Below, piece after piece: positions 40,661-52,860 of a stretch of DNA of 64,000 nucleotides. This stretch comes from Macrostomum lignano (taxonomy: Eukaryota). Position numbers and translations under genes: made by a program. The DNA lies in assembly GCA_002269645.1 (NCBI GenBank), contig NIVC01001826.1, forward strand, positions 109,332 to 173,331, read 5' to 3'. Position 1 is the first letter of the stretch, and every line of letters begins with the position of its first letter. The notes below the pieces were generated by a model that saw only the letters and a list, made by a program, of their open reading frames with translations, had not been told where the DNA came from and did not search any database.

Positions 40661-40845
40661 CTCGGACTGGAGAAAAAGTGAGATAGTACAGCTAGCGCAA
40701 GCAGCCATCACCAAGCAAAAAATTGATCTAATTTAAAAATCGCCTCAACCACCGCGATAGAAATAAAATGCAGCGCCAAAAGGTATAAAAAGCGGCCATT
40801 CGCAGCTGGATGCTGAGGGCTTTAAGGGCTAATTAAGAAAAGTAC

Positions 40846-41079
40846 TTTTTCCAGAAGCTGCAGCCGGTGCAGCACCGACCGCAGTCGAAGGTCCAGAAGA
40901 GCCGCCGATGCCCGCTTGGCGATCTCAACGATCGGCGGGGGCGGTCGCGGTGGTGCCGACAGCTTCAAGAAGGAGCGACGTCGCTTTAGAAGATTTAAAG
41001 CGGCGCCACTGAGACTGAGCTGCCTGTCTGGGAGAGAGACGGCTGGCTGGCAAATAGGGGAGGGAAGCTTTAGCTTCAG
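40846..41079 (-). CDS. SYTL: Slp exon 5, linker
   Basis: Acceptor atccacag, donor AAA|GTACTT; 78 open codons, phase 0/0. Confidence 0.62.
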
Positions 41080-41096
41080 CTGTGGATGTGGGAGGC

Positions 41097-41431
<335 letters not shown>

Positions 41432-41439
41432 AGACTTAC

Positions 41440-41850
41440 AGCATCCACAATCCGCAGGTTGGACGTCCCCGAGGTGCTGGCTTTGTCAGCCTCGGCCGCA
41501 GCCGCAGCAGCTCCATCTTCATCATCATCCGCGATCTCCTCGGTGACGACAATCTCTGGGGCGACCGGACCCGATGAGGCGGCAGCTTCAAGTTCCTCGG
41601 GCTCGCCAAGCTCTTCTTCCTGTTCTTGTCCTGCCGCTTCCCCATCATATGCCGCTTCCCTATCTGCCGCTTCCCCATCTGCCGCTTCCCCATCTGCCGC
41701 TTCCCCATCTGCCGCTTCCCCATCTGCCGCTTCCCCATCTGCCGCTTCCCCATCTGCCGCTTCCCCATTTTCTGCTTCTAGCTGGTGTTGCAGATCTTGC
41801 TCCTCCGGCTGGCCGTCTCCGTCTACAGCGTCAGGGGCGGCGGCTTCAAT
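41440..41850 (-). CDS. SYTL: Slp exon 4, acidic linker containing (EAADG)n repeat
   Basis: Acceptor accgtacag, donor GCT|GTAAGT; 137 open codons, phase 0/0. Confidence 0.68.
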
Positions 41851-42106
41851 CTGTACGGTGGGAAAGATCGGGTTTGCGAGTTAAGACTACAGGTATTAGC
41901 AGGGCACTCTGATGTGCCAGCGGCCCAGGCTCGATTCTAAGTGCAGTCGCATTAATTTGGGGCTAAATTGGAATCTCGGCTTGGCTCTGCTCGTGCAATT
42001 GACGCCCAGCTTGAGGGACAAACACCCCAAGGCAAAGTGAAGTGTACATGCATTACGATAAATACGCTCGTAAAGTTAGGGCCGCTGTAAACTCATGTGT
42101 GAGTGC

Positions 42107-42560
42107 TAGCGCCCCTGGTGCTGGCGCCCCTGATGCTGGCGCCCCTGATGCTGGCGCCCCTGGTGCTGGCGCCCCTGGTGCTGGCGCCCCTGATGCTGGC
42201 GCCCCTGGTGCTGGCGCCCCTGGTGCTGGCGCCCCTGGTGCTGGCGCCCCTGGTGCTGGCGCCCCTGGTGCTGGCGCCCCTGGTGCTGGCGCCCCTGGTG
42301 CTGGCGCCCCTGGTGCTGGCGCCCCTGATGCTGGCGCCCCTGGTGCTGGCGCCCCTGGTGCTGGCGCCCCTGGTGCTGGCGACCCTGGTGCTGGCGCCCC
42401 TGGTGCTGGCGCCCCTGGTGCTGGCGCCCCTGGTGCTGGCGCCCCTGGTGCTGGCGCCCCTGGTGCTGGCGCCCCTGGTGCTGGCGCCCCTGGTGCTGGC
42501 GCCCCTGGTGCTGGCGCCCCTGGTGCTGGCGCCCCTGATGCTGGCGCCCCTCGTGCTAAA
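42107..42560. repeat. 15-bp GGCGCCCCTGGTGCT array in Slp intron 3
   Basis: Same unit as 20087-20447, about 30 copies. Confidence 0.95.
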
Positions 42561-42584
42561 GCGCCCCCAAAAACTTTCGCTCAC

Positions 42585-43021
42585 CTGAACATTGACTTCT
42601 TCGACAACGGCCACTTCCTGATTTGACTGAGCATCAGCTTCCACGATGACGCCAGCCGATGGTTCGATTACGGTTAGTTCAACTGGCGGCGGCGGCGGGG
42701 GCGGCGGCGGCAGCTCCGGCGAGTGCCTCCGCCGTTTCTCTCGTTTCTTCTCCTCTTTCTGCTTCTGCTTCGCCTTCTCCTTCTCCTTCTCTCTTTCTTT
42801 CTTGTCTTTCTTCTTCTTTTTAGCGTCTTCTTTGCCGCTATCGGCTGGGCGAGTTTCAGAAGCTGGCGGCGGCGCCGACGCTGCCCCGGCACTGGCGCTG
42901 TCTGGCGCGTCGGCGCCTTTAGTTTTTGAGACGGCGCCAACTTCCACCGCTGGGGCGGCAGCTGCGGTGGAGCCGGGCGCAGGCGTGGCTGAAGCTCTAC
43001 GCATTCTTTCCTCGGATACGA
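42585..43021 (-). CDS. SYTL: Slp exon 3, low-complexity Ala/Lys/Glu/Pro linker
   Basis: Acceptor cgtttcag at phase 1 is compatible with exon 2; donor CAG|GTGAGC; frame open throughout. Confidence 0.7.
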
Positions 43022-43055
43022 CTGAAACGAGGGGTTCGCGGAGATGAGAGCGTCT

Positions 43056-43445
43056 GTTAGATCTGTCTAAGGCATCTATCAGACATCTCTAGCAGACATA
43101 TTTATAAGACATCTATCAGACATCTCTATAAGGAATCTATCAGACATCGCTATAGGACATCTATAAGAAATCTATATAAGGCATCTATCAGACATCTATA
43201 AGGCATCTATCAGTCATCTCCATAAGACATCTATCTGACATCTATAAGGCATCTATCAGTCATCTCCATAAGACATCTATCTGACATCTATAAGGCATCT
43301 ATCAGCCATCTCCATAAGACATCTATCTGACATCTATAAGGCATCTATCAGTCATCTCCATAAGACATCTATCTGACATCTATAAGGCATCTATCAGTCA
43401 TCTCCATAAGACATCTATCTGACATCTATAAGGCATCTATCAGAT
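43056..43445. repeat. Compound repeat (46-bp higher-order unit) in Slp intron 2
   Basis: aggcatctatcagtcatctccataagacatctatctgacatctata repeated. Confidence 0.9.
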
Positions 43446-43463
43446 CTCCCCCCGGACACTCAC

Positions 43464-43798
43464 GCCGTTTTCGCTCCCTCCTCAGCGATGCCCGCAAAAT
43501 CTCGGGGCCAAAGTAGGCTCGCTCGGTCCTGCGCCGCACCTCAGCCAGGAACCATTCTCCAGACTGGGCCTCGGTGACGAACTCCAGATGGCACAGGTGG
43601 CACTGCACAGACTTGTGCACCAGATGGACGCAGTTGGAGCAGGCGAGGTTCTGGCAGCGCTGGCAAACGTAGCGCTTACTGAACGGGTAGAGCTTGCCGC
43701 CGCAGAGCTCGCACATTGTGTACAGCAGGCCTGATTGCAGTCTCTCCTGAACTGAACTGGCCTCGGTCAGGGCCGTCTGCAGCTGCTGACGAAGTCGT
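43464..43798 (-). CDS. SYTL: Slp exon 2, FYVE-type zinc finger and SHD2
   Basis: CELCGG...CQRCQNLACSNC...CHLC...SGEWF matches the Rab27/Rab3 effector zinc finger with the SGEWF motif. Acceptor ctccag, donor C|GTGAGT. Confidence 0.9.
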
Positions 43799-43880
43799 CT
43801 GGAGGTTAGGAATAGAAATTGACGTGAGCTTGTTAAGATACAAGCAATAAACCTGATAGACACAAAGCATCAACATCCTG

Positions 43881-44190
43881 ATAATAATAATAATTGATCA
43901 CAGCTGCCTCAATCGGGCCAGATGTGCAACCGACAGCTCAGCCGCAGCTATTGCGCGGCGCATCTGAAGGCTGCGTACGTCTGTTCGGTCCAAGGACTGG
44001 GGGATCGCCACACACACTCTCAATTACCCCAGCTAATGCTGGCACCCATTTACAGCTGGGTGAAGTGAAGCAATGCAGAGTTGAGTGTCCTGCTCAAGGA
44101 CACAAATTGGTTCTAGTGGGATTGGGAATCGAACCCCCGACCTTCCAGTCGCGAGTCCAACGCTCTAACCACTGGGCTACAACCCGTTCC
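43881..44190 (-). mobile_element. tRNA-derived CORE-type SINE in Slp intron 1
   Basis: Minus strand has A box TAGCCCAGTGG and B box GGTTCGATTCC. These are followed by TGTGTCCTTGAGCAGGACACTCAAC...CAGCTGTAAATGGG, similar to the MIR/CORE domain (TGTGACCTTGGGCAAGTCACTTAAC...ATCTGTAAAATGGG), and an (ATT)n tail. Confidence 0.8.
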
Positions 44191-44248
44191 AGATAGTGTT
44201 AGACCCAAGCTGTGTGTTAGACAAACTTGCCAGACACGTGTCTCTCAC

Positions 44249-44538
44249 TCTTTCCGCTTCTCGTCCATCGCCTGAGCAGCGTGGACCCTCTGCAACACGC
44301 TGTCCAACTGGAACTTCTCGTCGTTGCTGTACTCGGCCAGCCCGATACTGTCCAGCAGCTGCTCCGGAATGCCGCCGCCGCCGTTGCCACCACCGCCGAC
44401 AACCACAGATTCGTCGTCGCCAATGGAGCCGAAGGAGATCTCGGTGCAGGCATCCCCGACGTTGCTGTCAGCGCGATGACCAGCTGCCGCGGCTGTACCT
44501 GAGAGCTTCAAGCCGCTTGACTTCACTGCAGCTGCCAT
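44249..44538 (-). CDS. SYTL: Synaptotagmin-like protein (Slp/Bitesize), exon 1, start of Rab-binding domain
   Basis: MAAAVKS...YSNDEKFQLDSVLQRVHAAQAMDEKRKE resembles the SHD1 helix of Slp/rabphilin Rab-binding domains. Donor GA|GTGAGA, phase 2. Confidence 0.8.
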
Positions 44539-45257
44539 GAGTTTAATGACGAAACGATGTGTGATGATACTAGCTAAAATGTCAAGACAGCACTCGGGAG
44601 GCACAGATGCAGGGCGCTGAAATTTAAGGCGGCAACGACAAGGGGTATGCGGGGTGGGGGTGGGGGTACAGGTGAGGGGTTAAGAGCGCGTGACACGTGC
44701 GCAGCTTCTTAAGACCGAGAGGTGGTGCAAGCAGCCTTTTGTCAATTTTTTCTCCGTGTTTTTGACATTCTTTCTCTCTCTCTTGCTCTCGCCCTCGCTC
44801 CCTAAACATACAGAGCCTTTAGTAGCCCACAGCCTATGCGCACTGTACAATCATTTATTGTGGTTGAAGCAGTGTCTATTCGTTCAAACTATACAAAGCA
44901 ACTGACTCTTCATATTCACGTTTTCCGCGCGCCAGCCCTCAAACACCCCCACCCACCCCCGATAAACGTACATCTCTCAGGGCACGCATGCAAATTGCAA
45001 CAAGAATCTGTCCATAAGTTTTATATCACACTTCTATAGCCCTGAATGCCATTTTGCTCTTAAAAATGCAACAACAAAAACAATTCCATATTAAAATTTG
45101 TGCTCTGCAGAAGAAAAATATCTCTATATGTATTTTTAAAACACTTTTAAGATTATTGATAGCATCCATCATATTATGAATATTTTTATTCTTTCATCTC
45201 GAGAGAACGATCTGGCGATGAGGCATGAGATTTCTGGCTGTTCGTGCCATCTTCACT

Positions 45258-45895
45258 CTCTGAATCAGCACCCCTGACACTCATAAATCAGCACCACTGA
45301 CACCCCTGAATCAGCACCCTGACACCCCTGAATCAGCACCCTGACACCCCTGAATCAGCACCCCTGACACTCCTGAATCAGCACCCTGACACTCCTGAAT
45401 CAGCACCCTGACACTCCTGAATCAGCACCCTGACACCCCTGAATCAGCACCCCTGACACTCCTGAATCAGCACCCTGACACTCCTGAATCAGCACCCTGA
45501 CACCCCTGACACTCCTGAATCAGCACCCTGACACTCCTGAATCAGCACCCTGACACTCCTGAATCAGCACCCTGACACTCCTGAATCAGCACCCTGACAC
45601 CCCTGACACTCCTGAATCAGCACCCTGACACCCCTGACACTCCTGAATCAGCACCCTGACACCCCTGACACTCCTGAATCAGCACCCTGACACCCCTGAA
45701 TCAGCACCCTGACACCCCTGAATCAGCACCCTGACACTCCTGAATCAGCACCCTGACACCCCTGAATCAGCACCCCTGACACCCCTGAATCAGCACCCCT
45801 GACACTCATGAATCAGCACCCCTGACACCCCTGAATCAGCACCCTGACACTCCTGAATCAGCACCCTGACACGCATGAATCAGCACCCTGACACT
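45258..45895. repeat. 22-bp minisatellite upstream of Slp
   Basis: Unit ctgaatcagcaccctgacac(t/c)c. Confidence 0.93.
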
Positions 45896-48353
45896 CCCTC
45901 ACCCTCTACAATCCTTGAATGTCTGGGCGCCCTGTTCAATGAAAAAGAAAAACAAAGAAGACAAAAAAACCAAACAATAAAATATTTGGCTTAGAACAAG
46001 AATTGTATTGAAAGTACAATGCGTCTTTCTTGCGTGTGTCAGCGCATAGCTACTTGTTTTTATATTTTTTGTTTAACCGTTAGGCTACATACGGATATTA
46101 ATATTATTATTAATAATACAAATTACTTATTACAGAATCATACAGTAATAATTGATGATAAATTTACTTATTTTAAGTTACAATGTATAGCACGATGAGC
46201 ATTTTTCGGTTAGGTCGAAAGAAACATTAGTAAACATAATATAAGTATTAAAAGATAAGAATACTTACCTAGCTACTAATAAGTTATTATCTATATATTA
46301 ATGAGTCAGTTAACGCCAGTCACTAAGATTAGTTTATAATCTCATATTGTACGCGCCACAAATAGCATCACAAACGAGACTGAAAGAGAGATAATAAATA
46401 TATAAAGGGAGGATTTAGAGCAGGTAAAATTACGCAACAAAATAACAGGTAATAAATGATGCCAATCAGTGAGATATACTGTTCAAAATGAGAATTTTCA
46501 TTTTCTGTTCTAGCAGAGTCAAAAAAGCGCTCCATAAGCGCTCGTGCTACTTCCAATTCAGTAGTATAACATTAAGACATATCTCTAGGTTTATTTTCTC
46601 TTGGTGCACCCTCAATTCTATTTGCCCAGCCCATGCCGCGGAGTTTAAACAGCCAGTGTACATTGAGCTACACCAATGTACATCGAACCCAACTGATAAA
46701 TCGATGCGAGTCACGTGACAATTTGATTTGCCTTTCCTTATCTGAAGAAGTCTCTCATTTTCCTTACTTGCTACTGACAAGTGACAAGAGTAGAAACATT
46801 TGGTTGCGTGTTAACTAAACAAGTAATAAAAATCTATATGTATGGGCTAGCAGAAACAGACGGAGCGCAATGCAAAACAGTTCTGACGAAACGGATGCAC
46901 TAATATATGTTAAATAGTAACACAATCTGATATAAGCAATGAAGACAGAACAATTAAATTGAAAAAAACCACGCACAAAATCAATCACAGGACTTGATTC
47001 AAGATTTGCGAATTGGTGTTTTTTAAGTTAAGTATCATTCTAATTACTGTAATAATAATAACTGTAATTAATAATTAATGAGAGTAACGGTCATAACATT
47101 TTCCAAGCCAAATGAGTCTAAGATATCAAGAAGCTATTGAAGACTTCTTGCTTTTCACTGTCTATGGCCCAAAAAGGGGGTCTGCGGAGCCAAGCCTAAT
47201 TGACCTCGGTTTGGGCCATAGACAATTAGGGACCAGTCTTTCTTGGACTTGGATTGGAAACTGCTACATTAGCATACAGTAATACATAAAGTGCTTCCTG
47301 ACATCAAGTACAATATAAATTGACAGCAGTTTAATCCTACATAGGCCAACAGATAAATAAGCAGACCAACCTTGGACAATTGAAACACGATGTAAATAAG
47401 ATAAAAGTTATTATAACAAAGCAAATAATTTCGAAAGCTAACTAAGTTAACTTCTCAAAAATTTCAACCAAGGTAACCGTAACAAAAGATAGAGAGGGGG
47501 GAGAGGGGAGAGACAGTGTGTGAGCTAGAAATGCAGGCACGATCGCTGAGGCAAAATGATTAAGCCTGGGACAGGATGAAGAAGATTCGTTGGCTTAGTT
47601 AAAAATATTGCAACTGAAATCAATTTAATTTAAAATATATATTGTCCGCGCAACTAGTAGGTAAAAAGCGGGAGTAAATATGACTTAACATTATAGCAGC
47701 AATGCCTCGTCATCTAATTAGTATTTACTACCCGATTGGCGGACACCCTACTTAGTTTTAGTAGTACCATTTTGAACAAATTACACAAAAAACATTTGCC
47801 GGCTTTTTATTAACAGTTAAAAATAAAAACAAACAAACAAAAAAGACAAAATCAAACAGTTTAAAAAAGAGGGCATAACTTAAGCAAATGCTACTTTCAG
47901 TAGCTTTAACGCGTGCGAGCAACTAAAATGTAATTAGTTTGATTAAAAAATTAACAAATTAACAACAGCAGGATGGTGTTGGAAGAGATTAGACTTCTTT
48001 ACTAGAGTTTAGTTGGGCACGGCACTGGGCTGCAATCGATTGCTGCTATTACTAGCTACAAAATATTCCAAATACACACTATGGGACAGGTTGCACTTTC
48101 ATAGCAGCGGAGACATCTTGATAGACTAGAGAATTTTAAATTCTGTTTTTGAGTAGAGCAGATGGGCTACAATATATTCCAATAAAAGTGGCAGAGCGTG
48201 AGAGCAGACAGTTACTTAGGTAAATACGCCATCAAGAGACAAAACTGGTTAAATACGGTTTTAACCTGCCACTGAAATCCGAACCTCATTAGCCTTGACC
48301 TGTACTTCTTTTCTCGCTTTCCTGTTGTCCTTAATTAGACTCATAAACCTCAG

Positions 48354-49316
48354 CCTCAGGTGATCCTTCGGCGGAGCCTCAGGTGATCCTTCGGCGGAGC
48401 CTCAGGTGATCCTTCGGCGGAGCCTCAGGTGATCCTTCGGCGGAGCCTCAGGTGATCCTTCGGCGGAGCCTCAGGTGATCCTTCGGCGGAGCCTCAGGTG
48501 ATCCTTCGGCGGAGCCTCAGGTGATCCTTCGGCGGAGCCTCAGGTGATCCTTCGGCGGAGCCTCAGGTGATCCTTCGGCGGAGCCTCAGGTGATCCTTCG
48601 GCGGAGCCTCAGGTGATCCTTCGGCGGAGCCTCAGGTGATCCTTCGGCGGAGCCTCAGGTGATCCTTCGGCGGAGCCTCAGGTGATCCTTCGGCGGAGCC
48701 TCAGGTGATCCTTCGGCGGAGCCTCAGGTGATCCTTCGGCGGAGCCTCAGGTGATCCTTCGGCGGAGCCTCAGGTGATCCTTCGGCGGAGCCTCAGGTGA
48801 TCCTTCGGCGGAGCCTCAGGTGATCCTTCGGCGGAGCCTCAGGTGATCCTTCGGCGGAGCCTCAGGTGATCCTTCGGCGGAGCCTCAGGTGATCCTTCGG
48901 CGGAGCCTCAGGTGATCCTTCGGCGGAGCCTCAGGTGATCCTTCGGCGGAGCCTCAGGTGATCCTTCGGCGGAGCCTCAGGTGATCCTTCGGCGGAGCCT
49001 CAGGTGATCCTTCGGCGGAGCCTCAGGTGATCCTTCGGCGGAGCCTCAGGTGATCCTTCGGCGGAGCCTCAGGTGATCCTTCGGCGGAGCCTCAGGTGAT
49101 CCTTCGGCGGAGCCTCAGGTGATCCTTCGGCGGAGCCTCAGGTGATCCTTCGGCGGAGCCTCAGGTGATCCTTCGGCGGAGCCTCAGGTGATCCTTCGGC
49201 GGAGCCTCAGGTGATCCTTCGGCGGAGCCTCAGGTGATCCTTCGGCGGAGCCTCAGGTGATCCTTCGGCGGAGCCTCAGGTGATCCTTCGGCGGAGCCTC
49301 AGGTGATCCTTCGGCG
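48354..49316. repeat. Perfect 23-bp array, about 42 units
   Basis: Unit cctcaggtgatccttcggcggag with no variant units seen. Confidence 0.97.
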
Positions 49317-49538
49317 AATTTCAGATCTAAATTCACTTTCAGGCTGGTATAAGATCTCTATCCTAGAGAAAGTCAGGTCCAAAGCAGAGGCACAGAAACA
49401 GTAATATTTATAAATAGTCGTGAGAGGACTCACTGCAAGTTACTCTCAGCGCAAATATTAGATATAATAATAAATCCAATCATCTCAATAAGAATTAGTG
49501 ATTCTTCATTTCAACATTTTATCAATCAGACTGTCTAC

Positions 49539-51308
49539 TCAAGATGAAGATCGCTGAGAGTCTGCGGGGCCACCGGCTCCGCCGCCACCTCCTGTGTATT
49601 GCTGCTGTTGCTGTTGCGAGAATCTCATTTGAGCAGCGGCGGCGGCGGCTGCGGCGGCAGCGGTAGCGGCAGACTGCGGATGCTGCTGCGGCTGATGCTG
49701 AGGCACAAACTGAAAAGCCGGGCCCTGAGCAAATCGAGCAGCTGCTGCCATGTGCTGGTATTGCTGCTGCTGCTGTTGCTGCTGCTGGTGGTAAGCTGCT
49801 GCGTACAGAGCAGCCTGCTGCTGCTGCTGATAGTGCTGAGCAGCCGCGGCCGCAACTGCCGCAACAGAATGCTGATGCTGATGATGCAGCTGATGCGTGG
49901 TTGGCGGCTGCGGCTGCTGAGGCGGCGGTGGCGGAGGCTGCGGCGGAGGCGAAGCCACGTGCTGATGAGCGGCAGCGGCGGCGGCAGCGGCAGCGGCTGC
50001 TGCAGCGGCGGCGGACTCTTGATGCTGATGCTGTTGATGGATGTACACTGGCGCAGCGGCGGGTTGAACAGCAGCGGCCGAAGGATAAGCGGGAACAATT
50101 GAAGCTTGAGAATAGTGCTGCTGATGCTGCTGCTGGTGGTGCTGCTGTTGCTGGTGATGATAGGCAGCCATCTGAGCAGGTGTGACAGCCTGATAAAATA
50201 TCTGCTGCTGTTGCGGTTGCTGCTGCTGCGAAAGCGACACGGCTGTGTAATGCTCGGCAGCGATATGCTGAGCCTGTTGCTGATGCTGCTGCTGATGCTG
50301 CATCGGAGGCGGCGGAGGTAGTCGCTGGCCAGTGAGATGATGCTGCTGCTGATGCTGTTGTGGCAGCTGAGCAGGCAGATTGGGCTGCACAGACAGCGGA
50401 GCCTGGGCCAGAGCATTGCGCTGCTCTGGATCGAATCTGTACAGACTGCAGCCATCGGCAGCGCTGATTAGCGGCCCGCGAGCGTCCAGGTAGACTGGCT
50501 CGCCTCTATTGAGCTCAGATACCCGACAGGGCAGCAGCCGGAACACCTGCGTATCGTCTCTAAGGTAAACCGGGGCATAGTAATTTGGCTGGGGACTGGC
50601 CGTTCCTGAGCAGGGCCTGCCGCCTGATGCACCTGCCGATGCCTCATCCATCGATTGCTGATGCTGATGATGCGGCTGGTGCTGCTGTTGCCGCACTCCA
50701 GACTGCCCAACGGCTGCTGCTGACGAAGGCGACGGCGAGCCGCCAACACCGCCGCCAATTTCTTTGCGTCGACGATTATTAAAATCCTCGTACGGGGGTC
50801 CGCCGGCGCGGTGCCCGCCGCCGCCGCCGGCCTGATTAGGCACGCCGTGTGGATGATGCTTTGAACTGCCTGACGATGCCGGCGACTGCATCTGCGGCGG
50901 CCGGGGGGGACCAGCGCCACCGCCTCCTGCTACTGGCGCAGCCTTCTTCCCAGTCGGCGAGGGTTGGTGATCCCCGGAACCGGAAGTTGATGAAGAGGGC
51001 TGCTGCTGCTGCTGCTGCTGGCCATTCAACAGCACAGCGGGGCTGGCCTCTTTGTTAGCTCCGCCGCCGTTTTGACCACCGCCGGTGCTGCCAGACTGTT
51101 GCAGCAGGTCTCTCAACTCGTAGTATCTGGCCAGATCGCTGACAGAAAAATTCCAATTGCGAAATCGATCTTTTTGACGTTCAATTCTGATTGTGTTGTT
51201 CTGGTAGGGGCCCATTATGTTGTGATCGAGGCCGTAGAATGCGCACAGCTTGTGCATCAGCATGCGAGTGCGCGGGTCCTGATTGGTCCACAGAGTCTCA
51301 TCTCCGTC
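49539..51308 (-). CDS. R3H-domain protein, coding exon 2 (R3H plus long Q/H/A/P-rich tail)
   Basis: RMLMHKLCAFYGLDHN carries the RxxxH signature and resembles RMLxHRVAAYFGLDHN of R3HDM1/2/ARPP21. Putative acceptor tcccccgcag; 590 open codons to the stop. Confidence 0.75.
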   Translation of the reverse strand, partial: DGDETLWTNQDPRTRMLMHKLCAFYGLDHNIMGPYQNNTIRIERQKDRFRNWNFSVSDLARYYELRDLLQQSGSTGGGQNGGGANKEASPAVLLNGQQQQQQQPSSSTSGSGDHQPSPTGKKAAPVAGGGGAGPPRPPQMQSPASSGSSKHHPHGVPNQAGGGGGHRAGGPPYEDFNNRRRKEIGGGVGGSPSPSSAAAVGQSGVRQQQHQPHHQHQQSMDEASAGASGGRPCSGTASPQPNYYAPVYLRDDTQVFRLLPCRVSELNRGEPVYLDARGPLISAADGCSLYRFDPEQRNALAQAPLSVQPNLPAQLPQQHQQQHHLTGQRLPPPPPMQHQQQHQQQAQHIAAEHYTAVSLSQQQQPQQQQIFYQAVTPAQMAAYHHQQQQHHQQQHQQHYSQASIVPAYPSAAAVQPAAAPVYIHQQHQHQESAAAAAAAAAAAAAAAHQHVASPPPQPPPPPPQQPQPPTTHQLHHQHQHSVAAVAAAAAQHYQQQQQAALYAAAYHQQQQQQQQQYQHMAAAARFAQGPAFQFVPQHQPQQHPQSAATAAAAAAAAAAQMRFSQQQQQQYTGGGGGAGGPADSQRSSS

Positions 51309-51346
51309 CTGCGGGGGAGTACGGGCGGTGCATTGTGTATAGTTGC

Positions 51347-52140
51347 CTAGCAACTGAGGATCTGAGAGGCTGGCCCAGCAACTGACACTCTGGGATGCTG
51401 GCCCAGCAACTGACACTCTGGGAGGCTGGCCCAGCAACTGAGGATCTGGGAGGCCGGCCCAGCAACTGAGGATCTGGGAGGCCGGCCCAGCAACTGAGGA
51501 TCTGGGAGACTGGCCTAGCAACTGAGGATTTGGGAGGCTGGCCCAGCAACTGAGGATCTGGGAGGCTGGCCCAGCAACTGAGGATCTGGAAGGCTGGCCT
51601 AGCAACTGAGGATCTCAGAGGCTGGCCTAGCAACTGAGGATCTAGGAGGCTGGCCCAGCAACTGAGGATCTGGGAGGCTGGCCCAGCAACTGAGGATCTG
51701 GGAGGCTGGCCCAGAAACTGAGGATCTGTGAGGCTGGCCCAGCAACTGAGGATCTGTGAGGCTGGCCCAGCAACTGAGAATCTGGGAGACTGGCCCAGCA
51801 ACTGAGAACCTGGGAAGCTGATGGCCCAGCAACTGAGAATCTGGGAGGCTGGCCCAGCAACTGAGGATCTGGGAGGCCGGCCCAGCAACTGAGGATCTGG
51901 GAGGCTGGCCCAGAAACTGAGGATCTGTGAGGCTGGCCCAGCAACTGAGGATCTGTGAGGCTGGCCCAGCAACTGAGAATCTGGGAGACTGGCCCAGCAA
52001 CTGAGAATCTGGGAAGCTGATGGCCCAGCAACTGAGAATCTGGGAGGCTGACCCAGCAACTAAGAATCTGGGAGGCTGATGGCCCAGCGACTGACACTCT
52101 GGGAAGCTGGCCCAGCAACTGAGGATCTGGAAGGGCTGGA
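51347..52140. repeat. 28-31-bp minisatellite filling the R3H gene intron
   Basis: Unit ggctggcccagcaactgaggatctggga. Confidence 0.93.
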
Positions 52141-52239
52141 CAAGCAATGGAGATAGCAAAAGTCTACGGTGTCGTGACCCTATCTAAGAACTATAATAGC
52201 AGCATTGATCCATGAATAGTGGTCAGTATAAAAGTCCAC

Positions 52240-52860
52240 CTGAGAGCCCTGATCAAGAATCTTGGCCTGATGCTTGAGCCACTCGTCCAGCTCCAGCAGG
52301 TGAGCCCGATCTTTGCGCAGATTATCGCAAGACAGAGTCTTCTCCAAGAAGGATCCAATATCGTCGTTAAGAGTGTCCCGCACGCCAATGCCATCCTCCA
52401 TTACTCGCAGATAGTCAGCCAGGCGTTTAGCTAGATCTTCCAGTTCCTCGCGCTGCTGCTGGGTTGCCAGCGTATCTGTAGCCGATGACGCAGCAGCAGC
52501 CGCCGGATGTCTCGCAGGAGACGCCGAAGCTGATGCTTTCTTGCTGCTGGCTCGGCTGCCTTCGGCGCTGTTACCGCCGACTCCTACGGCTGATGCACAC
52601 GAGGCCGCAGTATTGGCAGCATTATTATCGTCAAATGGCGGCGGTCCGTCGCCGCTTGGAGCTACGCTAGCGGCTGGCGCTTCGCTAGCATCGGTGGATT
52701 CGGCAGTGCTAGGCGGATCTGGTGGCGGCACAGACGGCAACTCGACGCTCTTCTTGGCGGCCACGGGCGAGTCTGTTGTTGCTGTTGTTGTTGAAAGCAC
52801 TGACGATGACGAAGCGGCGGAAACCTCGGCGGCCGACACTACAGCAGTTGAAGAAGACAT
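52240..52860 (-). CDS. R3H-domain RNA-binding protein (R3HDM/ARPP21/Encore-like), coding exon 1
   Basis: Ends ...FLEKTLSCDNLRKDRAHLLELDEWLK, similar to the FL..TL..NPRDR..LLK.E segment preceding R3H in R3HDM proteins. Putative donor CAG|GTGGAC, phase 0. Confidence 0.68.

Noticed and set aside
44100-44190. tRNA gene
   Set aside because: A and B boxes continue into a CORE domain and simple-repeat tail without a proper acceptor stem, so it is a SINE head.
48354-49316. CRISPR-like regular repeat
   Set aside because: Head-to-tail identical units with no unique spacers; eukaryotic context; no cas genes.
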